From IMG/VR virus record IMGVR_UViG_3300023240_000005, positions 1-36,977 of that record: 36,977 bases of DNA. One strand, 5' to 3'. Position numbers and translations under genes: made by a program. Positions 8,281 through 14,824 of the stretch are shown here, in pieces (positions within the stretch are counted from its first letter, which is position 1; each line of letters begins with the position of its first letter). A model generated the notes under the pieces. It was not told where the DNA came from and made no database searches. It saw nothing but the letters and a program-made list of their open reading frames with translations. Source of the stretch: a virus.

Positions 8281-8937
8281 GAAATCAGACAAAACCCGAT
8301 ATACAAGGACTGGCAAGCCAGGCTCGACGCAGCCCTGACAGTCTGGTCCAGATCGGATAGCCACGACGACGAAATCCGCGCTATCGTTGCGGAGAAGCCC
8401 GCACTCCTGGCCGCAATCAGGGGGGGGAGAAAAGAAATCATGAATACAGAAACAAACGATGGCGCTGGCAGCAGTTGCTCCATCCACGACTTGTTCGCGG
8501 ATATTGTCGCCGCCCACGGGGAGGAATCTAGAGGAATTGAGGACTTCTACGTCGTCGATGACAAAACCATTGGATGCCGCTATGGGGACTGCTCGATTCA
8601 CCTCCTCGGCGACGGATGGCATTACGGGTCGAATACCCCAGCGCACCGCTCGCCGCTCGCTGCTTTTAACCATCGGGACCTGGACTATCATATTTCAGCG
8701 AACGTCAAATGTGGAGGCGCGCCGGATCGAAGCCACTTCATCAGGAATGGCCAGTCAGGATCTTCCCTAGTCGCGGTGATGGAACCATGCGGAGGGCATT
8801 CATCAACCATCCTGAGCAGCCTGATCTGTTGTTTAACTTTGTTCTCCATAAGGCTACCTTACGATCCGGAGCGCCCGTGTCTGAGCGGGATGATTACCGG
8901 TGGTGTTGTTTTTTGGATCTTCATTTTCTTTGGATAA
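8221..8937 (+). CDS. Hypothetical protein starting with tandem MTEP repeats; it may be two fused genes, given the in-frame restart at 8440
   Basis: ORF of 238 aa, ATGA-coupled to dnaB. The last ~55 codons have odd composition, so the 3' end is uncertain. Confidence 0.35.
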   Translation: MTEPMTEPMTEPMTTPMTDDEIRQNPIYKDWQARLDAALTVWSRSDSHDDEIRAIVAEKPALLAAIRGGRKEIMNTETNDGAGSSCSIHDLFADIVAAHGEESRGIEDFYVVDDKTIGCRYGDCSIHLLGDGWHYGSNTPAHRSPLAAFNHRDLDYHISANVKCGGAPDRSHFIRNGQSGSSLVAVMEPCGGHSSTILSSLICCLTLFSIRLPYDPERPCLSGMITGGVVFWIFIFFG

Positions 8938-8973
8938 CGCTGAGGTATGCCAGCCCGAGGGCGGAAAAAGATC

Positions 8974-9228
8974 ATGAATACACAAACAACATCGCCGCCC
9001 TTGGGATTGGCATCACCGACTGGTTCGCTTTCTTCTTGTGGGTGTGGCGGGAAGGTCGGTTCACGCGCCGCCGTCAAGTTTCACCCACGGCTAAACATCA
9101 TGGACGGAATCATCCGCTACGACGTGCGGTGCGCCCGGTGCAAAAAGACAGCCACCACGAAAGACGGCAAGGGATTCCAATCTTGGAAGACTGCGCTGAG
9201 AGCGTGGAATAATAAAGCGAACGCCTAG
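8974..9228 (+). CDS. Lar-family-like zinc-ribbon protein (restriction alleviation-like)
   Basis: SSCGCGGK....RCARCKKTA....KTALRAWNNKANA resembles the Lar pattern CPFCGG...C..C....A..AWNRR. The start is chosen at ATG 8974 (MNTQTT). Confidence 0.45.
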   Translation: MNTQTTSPPLGLASPTGSLSSCGCGGKVGSRAAVKFHPRLNIMDGIIRYDVRCARCKKTATTKDGKGFQSWKTALRAWNNKANA

Positions 9229-9266
9229 ATTCAGCCGCATCTCCCGACTTTAACCAACTGAAAATT

Positions 9267-9563
9267 ATGGACGAAACGAACCAAAAACCTAGCTCCGAAA
9301 CAGCAAGCGGGGGAGATGTCGGTCTGCAATCTCTTGTTAGGTGCCCTGCTTGCGGGTCGCGCCGCACCGAATCAGGCCAGCCATCTCGGCGCGTATTTTT
9401 CACCTGCGACAGCTATGCCTATGAAAATAGGCATAAATTGATCGACCAAACGGATTTGTGCGCCGCGTGGGAGACGATCAAACGAATCGGCGAAGTGGTC
9501 ACGACGGACTACGAAACGAAAGAAGATTTTATATCGCGGGTTCGGCTCATACTTTCCACCTAA
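9267..9563 (+). CDS. Zinc-ribbon-like hypothetical protein
   Basis: ORF of 98 aa with RCPACGSRR...FFTCDSY...LCAAWE. Confidence 0.45.
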   Translation: MDETNQKPSSETASGGDVGLQSLVRCPACGSRRTESGQPSRRVFFTCDSYAYENRHKLIDQTDLCAAWETIKRIGEVVTTDYETKEDFISRVRLILST

Positions 9564-9617
9564 CGCAATAGCGATGGCATCCGCCGACCCAGAACCAACC
9601 CCAAGCCAAACGACCTC

Positions 9618-10244
<627 letters not shown>

Positions 10245-10253
10245 AAAAGGATG

Positions 10254-10282
10254 TTGACGGGAATCAAAATAGGGCCTATTCT
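10254..10282 (+). promoter_or_regulatory. Candidate sigma70-like promoter for the 80-aa gene, copy 1
   Basis: TTGACG (10254..10259), 17-nt spacer, TATTCT (10277..10282), lying 22 nt upstream of the ATG at 10305. Confidence 0.35.
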
Positions 10283-10304
10283 TCGCACGTAACCAGCCAA
10301 TAAA

Positions 10305-10547
10305 ATGAAAACGAACACACTCCAATCCGGCACCAAAATCCTGATGAAATACCTCACCCAAAAAGCAACGCTCATCGACGGCAACGGATACATCCAAGGA
10401 TCCGGCCTCGCCGTAATCGACCATGACGACACGATCAGCATTGGTCGCTCCGAGTATCCGAAACACGAACTCACCATTGGCCGCGGTGAGATCGTCAGTA
10501 AGATGTCGGACCCGGCGTGGAGCGTGACATGGGATAAAGCACAGTAG
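10305..10547 (+). CDS. Hypothetical 80-aa protein, copy 1 of 2; moron-like with its own promoter
   Basis: MKTNTLQSGTKILMKYLTQKATLIDGNGYIQGSGLAVIDHDD... GC looks lower than the flanks by eye. Confidence 0.55.
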   Translation: MKTNTLQSGTKILMKYLTQKATLIDGNGYIQGSGLAVIDHDDTISIGRSEYPKHELTIGRGEIVSKMSDPAWSVTWDKAQ

Positions 10548-10640
10548 GCGACGCATTGGCCACCTAAAGCCACCCCCCCGCACCCGCCCGCCCCTCGAAA
10601 GGGGGCCGGGAAAATAAACGAGAAACATTGAAAAAGGATG

Positions 10641-10669
10641 TTGACGGGAATCAAAATAGGGCCTATTCT
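10641..10669 (+). promoter_or_regulatory. Candidate sigma70-like promoter, copy 2
   Basis: Identical to 10254..10282, shifted by 387 bp. Confidence 0.35.
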
Positions 10670-10691
10670 TCGCACGTAACCAGCCAATAAA

Positions 10692-10934
10692 ATGAAAACG
10701 AACACACTCCAATCCGGCACCAAAATCCTGATGAAATACCTCACCCAAAAAGCAACGCTCATCGACGGCAACGGATACATCCAAGGATCCGGCCTCGCCG
10801 TAATCGACCATGACGACACGATCAGCATTGGTCGCTCCGAGTATCCGAAACACGAACTCACCATTGGCCGCGGTGAGATCGTCAGTAAGATGTCGGACCC
10901 GGCGTGGAGCGTGACATGGGATAAAGCACAGTAG
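10692..10934 (+). CDS. Hypothetical 80-aa protein, copy 2 of 2
   Basis: Identical to 10305..10547. Confidence 0.55.
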   Translation: MKTNTLQSGTKILMKYLTQKATLIDGNGYIQGSGLAVIDHDDTISIGRSEYPKHELTIGRGEIVSKMSDPAWSVTWDKAQ

Positions 10935-10973
10935 GCGACGCATTGGCCACCTAAAGCCACCCCCCCGCACCCG

Positions 10974-11001
10974 CCCGCCCCTCGAAAGGGGGCGGGTTTC
11001 T
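10974..11001 (+). terminator. Rho-independent terminator-like hairpin closing the duplicated cassette
   Basis: CCCGCCCC (10974..10981) pairs with GGGGCGGG (10989..10996), loop TCGAAAG, followed by TTTCT. The equivalent sites in copies 1 and 2 have an imperfect stem and AAAATAAA instead of Ts. Confidence 0.55.
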
Positions 11002-11018
11002 GGGTGCCAACCAAGAAA

Positions 11019-11327
11019 ATGACAACCATCAAAATCCTCGCCATCCTCAGCCCCGCCCAAACCCTCCGAATTCCGAGGATCACCCTCCGCTCCGACGGAA
11101 CCCTCTGGGCCCGAGACAACACTACCCCGCTAGTCAACAGCAGCGGAACTCTTAACGCGGATCAACTCCGCGTCCTCGTGTCCGAGAAACAGTGGGACAA
11201 GATCCCTGCCGACAACTACATGAGGCTCGGGATCAACCCAGGGGCCAAAGAGTGCATCGACGATGCGCTCCTCGCCATCATCCGCAACAGCGACGGCTAC
11301 AAGGCCGCGCTAGAAGTCCGCGACTAA
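11019..11327 (+). CDS. Hypothetical protein; an alternative GTG start lies at 11004
   Basis: MTTIKILAILSPAQTLRIPRITLRSDGTLWARD...; the ATG follows the terminator hairpin. Confidence 0.5.
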   Translation: MTTIKILAILSPAQTLRIPRITLRSDGTLWARDNTTPLVNSSGTLNADQLRVLVSEKQWDKIPADNYMRLGINPGAKECIDDALLAIIRNSDGYKAALEVRD

Positions 11328-11360
11328 TCTCCAAAACCAACCAACCAACCAACCAAACAA

Positions 11361-11789
11361 ATGACAACCACCGAACAACTCGCCGCCGCCCGTGCCGAAC
11401 AACTCGCCGAACTCCGCGCCGAAATCCGCGCCGAACAACTCGCCGCCGAACTCCTCGACGACCTCCTCGCCGCCGACCTCCGTGCCGCCGCACAACTCGC
11501 CGACACCCGCGCCGACACCCGCGCAGCACAACTCGACGACCTCCTCGCCGACCTCCTCGCCGACCTCCGCGACGACATCCTCGCCGCCGACCTCCGCGCC
11601 GCCACCCGCGCCGACCTCCGTGCCGAACTCCGCGACGAACTCCGCGCCGAACTCCGCGACGAACTCCGCGCCGCCCTCCACGCCGCCGAACAACTCGCCG
11701 CCGCACAACTCGCCGACCTCCGCGCCAGCCACATCACCGAGGAAACAGCAGCCACCTACACCGCCGCCAGCGACCCCGTCCAGCCCTAA
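11361..11789 (+). CDS. Low-complexity (xxLR)n tetrapeptide-repeat protein, paralog A
   Basis: MTTTEQLAAARAEQLAELRAEIRAEQL...ADLRAELRDELRAELRDELRAAL. It shares its leader (CCAA-rich ...caaacaaATGACAACCACCGAACAACTCGCCGCC) with paralog B. All six frames are open here, so the frame was chosen from the conserved start and from coupling. Confidence 0.45.
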   Translation: MTTTEQLAAARAEQLAELRAEIRAEQLAAELLDDLLAADLRAAAQLADTRADTRAAQLDDLLADLLADLRDDILAADLRAATRADLRAELRDELRAELRDELRAALHAAEQLAAAQLADLRASHITEETAATYTAASDPVQP

Positions 11790-11816
11790 CCCCTCCCAAA
11801 CCAACCAAACAAACAA

Positions 11817-12155
11817 ATGACAACCACCGAACAACTCGCCGCCGACCGCGACGAAGAACTCGCCGACCTCCGAGCCGACCTACGCGCCGACCTCCACGCC
11901 GCCGAACAACTCGCCAACCTCCGCGCCAAACAACTCGCCAGCATCCGCGACGAACTCCTCGCCGACCTACGCGCCGACCTCCGCGACGACCTCATCGCCA
12001 AACTCCGCGACGAACTCCTCGACGACATCCTCGCCGACCTCCTCGCCGACACCCGCGCCGAACAACTCGCCAAACTCCGCTCCAACCTCCGCGCCGCCGA
12101 ACAACTCGCCGACCTCCGCGCCAGCCAACTCGCCGCCGGAAACTTCCAGTCATGA
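11817..12155 (+). CDS. Low-complexity (xxLR)n repeat protein, paralog B
   Basis: Same N-terminus MTTTEQLAA. It ends AAEQLADLRASQLAAGNFQS, with its stop overlapping the next ATG (ATGA at 12152..12155). Confidence 0.45.
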   Translation: MTTTEQLAADRDEELADLRADLRADLHAAEQLANLRAKQLASIRDELLADLRADLRDDLIAKLRDELLDDILADLLADTRAEQLAKLRSNLRAAEQLADLRASQLAAGNFQS

Positions 12156-12340
12156 AACCGACACGAGGCGGAAAACGAGCAGGAGCCGGAAGGCCCCCCG
12201 GCTCCGGCCATGGGCGGACAGTCGACTCGTCCAGCATTTCGCTGACGCCGGATCTGTGGGGCAAGCTGGACAAGCTACGCCGCGACCAATCCAGGAGCGC
12301 ATTCCTCGCCGCTAAGCTCCGAAAAATGAGACCCAAGCCC
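12087..12340. repeat. 254-bp direct repeat, left copy; partner at 13356..13609, offset 1269 bp, no indels, a handful of mismatches
   Basis: Aligned by eye. Differences: gactcgtcc vs gcatcgtcc, gacaagctacgccgcgac vs gacctcctgcgccgagac, ccgaaaaatg vs ccggaagatg. Confidence 0.85.
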
Positions 12341-12358
12341 GAGGAAACGAAATCATGA
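12152..12358 (+). CDS. Small RHH-like DNA-binding protein with an N-terminal GGKRAGAGRP motif, copy 1
   Basis: MKPTRGGKRAGAGRPPGSGHGRTVDSSSISLTPDLWGKLDKLRRDQSRSAFLAAKLRKM...; beta-strand then helix-helix pattern. ATGA coupling to both neighbours. Confidence 0.5.
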   Translation: MKPTRGGKRAGAGRPPGSGHGRTVDSSSISLTPDLWGKLDKLRRDQSRSAFLAAKLRKMRPKPEETKS

Positions 12359-13302
12359 CCGCCGATTTGGCCGGTGAGGTAATGGGAGCGATGTCTTGTT
12401 CTGTGCTGGGGGCGGATCGCCACATCATTCCAATCTCGGGCAAGGACTCGCTCGCTACGGCTATCGTCCAGACGGCACGCGAACCGGATCTAAACTACGA
12501 ATACATCTATAATGATACTAAGATGGAGCTTCCAGAAACCTATGAGTGGATGGACAAGGTGGAAAAGGTGATGGGAATCAAGATCATCCGATCAGGAAAG
12601 AGCCTACGGACGATCATCGAAGAGCAAAAAATACTCCCATCGCCGATGACCAGATTTTGCACGAAGTATGCAAAAATCTTCCCGATGCGCGACTACATCG
12701 GAAAAGATAAGGCCACTCTCTACATCGGTATTCGCGCCGACGAAGATCGACCAGGCGCACAGGAAACCAAGAATATCCATGTGAAATACCCGCTAAAAGA
12801 AATGGGGGTGAATCTCGCACTCGTCTATCGGCTGGTCGAAGAGAGAGACCTGATGCCGCCCGGATTCTTCTGGCAGCGGATCTATGATATGGTCGTCGCT
12901 CAACTAGGCGATCAAGCAGGGATCATCCAAGAAATTCCGAAATGGATATTCGACCGCACCTTCGCGTGGCGCTCGCGTCCGAACTGCTACATGTGCTTCT
13001 ACCAGCGGATGTATGAATGGTGCGGGATGCTGGAACATCACCCGCTTCTCTTCGCGGATGCGGAGGACATCGAGGCCCGACACGGCTTCTCAGAACACAC
13101 GAAAAGCCATGCCTTCCTGTGGCTCGGAAAGGACAAACCACTCTCGCACATCCGCGACAACGCCGAGCGGATTATTCAGGCACGGGTAGATAAAATCTGC
13201 AAGATCCTACGGAAACGCCTGCAAATGGAACTCTTCACTGACGCGCTCTGCGACGAACTTGAAGCCGCGCAAACATCCTGCGGCATGTATTGTGGCAAAT
13301 GA
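12355..13302 (+). CDS. PAPS reductase / PP-loop ATP pyrophosphatase family protein (DndC-like fold class)
   Basis: PP-loop-like ISGKDS (12436..12450), RFCTKYAKIFP and GIRADEDRPG motifs. Cys clusters NCYMCFYQ and C-terminal SCGMYCGK. GC is visibly lower than the flanks. Confidence 0.75.
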   Translation: MTADLAGEVMGAMSCSVLGADRHIIPISGKDSLATAIVQTAREPDLNYEYIYNDTKMELPETYEWMDKVEKVMGIKIIRSGKSLRTIIEEQKILPSPMTRFCTKYAKIFPMRDYIGKDKATLYIGIRADEDRPGAQETKNIHVKYPLKEMGVNLALVYRLVEERDLMPPGFFWQRIYDMVVAQLGDQAGIIQEIPKWIFDRTFAWRSRPNCYMCFYQRMYEWCGMLEHHPLLFADAEDIEARHGFSEHTKSHAFLWLGKDKPLSHIRDNAERIIQARVDKICKILRKRLQMELFTDALCDELEAAQTSCGMYCGK

Positions 13303-13424
13303 AAACCGCAACCGAACCCTCCCGCGAAGCCATCCCAGCCGAACTCCGCGACGCACTCCGCGCCGCCGAACAACTCGCCGACCTCCGCGCCAGCCAACTC
13401 GCCGCCGGAAACTTCCAGTCATGA
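13299..13424 (+). CDS. Truncated third paralog of the xxLR-repeat protein, 41 aa; possibly a remnant
   Basis: MKTATEPSREAIPAELRDALRAAEQLADLRASQLAAGNFQS. ATGA-coupled at both ends. The C-terminal 20 aa are identical to paralog B. Confidence 0.3.
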   Translation: MKTATEPSREAIPAELRDALRAAEQLADLRASQLAAGNFQS

Positions 13425-13609
13425 AACCGACACGAGGCGGAAAACGAGCAGGAGCCGGAAGGCCCCCCGGCTCCGGCCATGGGCGGACAGTCGCATCGTC
13501 CAGCATTTCGCTGACGCCGGATCTGTGGGGCAAGCTGGACCTCCTGCGCCGAGACCAATCCAGGAGCGCATTCCTCGCCGCTAAGCTCCGGAAGATGAGA
13601 CCCAAGCCC
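13356..13609. repeat. 254-bp direct repeat, right copy
   Basis: See 12087..12340. Confidence 0.85.
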
Positions 13610-13612
13610 TAG
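13421..13612 (+). CDS. Small RHH-like DNA-binding protein, copy 2
   Basis: MKPTRGGKRAGAGRPPGSGHGRTVASSSISLTPDLWGKLDLLRRDQSRSAFLAAKLRKMRPKP; about 95% identical to copy 1. Confidence 0.5.
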   Translation: MKPTRGGKRAGAGRPPGSGHGRTVASSSISLTPDLWGKLDLLRRDQSRSAFLAAKLRKMRPKP

Positions 13613-13621
13613 TAGCGCCCA

Positions 13622-13972
13622 ATGAAATCTATGAAACAAAATACAAACACCGAGGCGGAAACCGCCCAAATCACGGACAGCCAAGCGGATGTCCAGCAGC
13701 GTCTTCGGCTGCTTCTTGACCAATTCAGGCATGTTGTCGCCACCCGCCGAGAGGTGGCGGGATACTGGAGTGTAACAGGCTTTTCCGTTCTCGCATCCAG
13801 CAGTGCGCGAGTAGCGAACCTATTTGAAATATGCGCGGACGAACTCGAACGGACCATATCAAACGAGCCGGATAGCCCAACTCGCGCAGAAATCCTGTTC
13901 GGAGCTATCGAAGAGCTGCAACGGTTGATAGCTTATTTCCGGTCAATACAAGACAACCAACCATGCAGCTAA
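13622..13972 (+). CDS. Hypothetical protein
   Basis: ORF of 116 aa with helical-looking composition. Confidence 0.5.
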   Translation: MKSMKQNTNTEAETAQITDSQADVQQRLRLLLDQFRHVVATRREVAGYWSVTGFSVLASSSARVANLFEICADELERTISNEPDSPTRAEILFGAIEELQRLIAYFRSIQDNQPCS

Positions 13973-14320
13973 TGAGATACGGGACGCCCATGCCCGACCA
14001 GCATCAGCCGCAAGACCATGCCAGAGCCGAGCATGCGCAAACCACCGGCTCTGAAAAAGTCTACCGAAACCCGTCAAGCATGAAAGCAAAAAGATCACAT
14101 CGACAGACCGTCAACCACTCACGACATTTCGGATGTCCTTACATTGTAAATCCCTTGACCTTCAGGGGGGCAAAATGCGACCATGCGGCACCCCCCCCCG
14201 GCAAAGGAATCTTTTTACCTCCAAAACGTAAGGTAAGTTTGGTTCCGTTGCTTACAATTCCTGCGGGACACCTCCCCCACGATCCCAAATATCCCGAGCG
14301 ATGAAAGAAAACCCCAAGCG
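13973..14320. promoter_or_regulatory. Non-coding region upstream of terS; candidate late regulatory region or packaging (cos/pac) region
   Basis: The only ORF here (13963..14304) has non-coding-like composition. G6 (14165..14170) and C9 (14191..14199) form an inverted pair. A 20-bp direct repeat AGCGATGAAAGAAAAyCCCm (14297..14336) spans the terS start. Confidence 0.3.
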
Positions 14321-14824
14321 ATGAAAGAAAATCCCACAAAAAGGAAGAGCCCGATTCCTCCGCCTCCTCGTCCGAGGAAGAAAATCGGGGATGAGCTGCC
14401 GCATGTTGCGACCTCGATGAAAGCTGGGGCGTTGGCGTGGGGCTTGCCGATCAGCGAGATTAGGCGGGCGCGGACGGGGGGGTGCAAGGCGTTCGTGGGG
14501 CAGAAAGTTTATCTCGACGGGCTGACGGCTTGGCTTACGGCGAATCCCCCGGAGCCCGCGAGTGGGGGAGGGGAGTCCCTTGATGACGCGGACAAGGAGG
14601 AGTTGGAGAGGAGGAAGCTGATCCGGGTGGTCAATCGGTTGGACATCGGGATTCAATCCGACCGGCACAAGCTGGCGGTGACGAAGGACGAGTTCGTGTC
14701 GAAGGAGCTGGTCAAGGAGGAATGGGCGCGCCTTTGGGCGATCATTGAGGCGGAGGCGAAAGACCTGATGGACAAGTCGATATTCCCCGTTTTTGTGGCG
14801 AGGGTGAAGGCGAAAATCAAATGA
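14321..14824 (+). CDS. terS: Putative terminase small subunit
   Basis: It sits immediately upstream of terL and is ATGA-coupled to it. N-terminal HTH-like segment (AGALAWGLPISEIRRARTGGCKAFVGQKVYLDGLTAWL) followed by a charged helical region. Confidence 0.55.
   Translation: MKENPTKRKSPIPPPPRPRKKIGDELPHVATSMKAGALAWGLPISEIRRARTGGCKAFVGQKVYLDGLTAWLTANPPEPASGGGESLDDADKEELERRKLIRVVNRLDIGIQSDRHKLAVTKDEFVSKELVKEEWARLWAIIEAEAKDLMDKSIFPVFVARVKAKIK

Noticed and set aside
8787-9212. Alternative ORF (MRRAFINHPEQPDLL…) in the 8709..9212 frame.
   Set aside because: It would overlap the better-supported Lar-like gene for its whole length and has odd composition. The true coding status of 8770..8970 remains unresolved.
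11192-12358. A 388-aa Arg/Pro/Thr-rich + ORF and several 140-174-aa minus ORFs over the xxLR-repeat genes.
   Set aside because: These are alternative readings of the same 12-nt periodic GC-rich repeats. The chosen frames have conserved ATG contexts shared by the paralogs and ATGA coupling to neighbours. The RPPRR-type frames have none of these.
13963-14304. A 113-aa ORF in the gap before terS.
   Set aside because: Its composition is His/Pro/Gln/Arg-rich and it has no coupling or leader features. It overlaps homopolymer G/C runs. I treat it as non-coding regulatory or packaging DNA.
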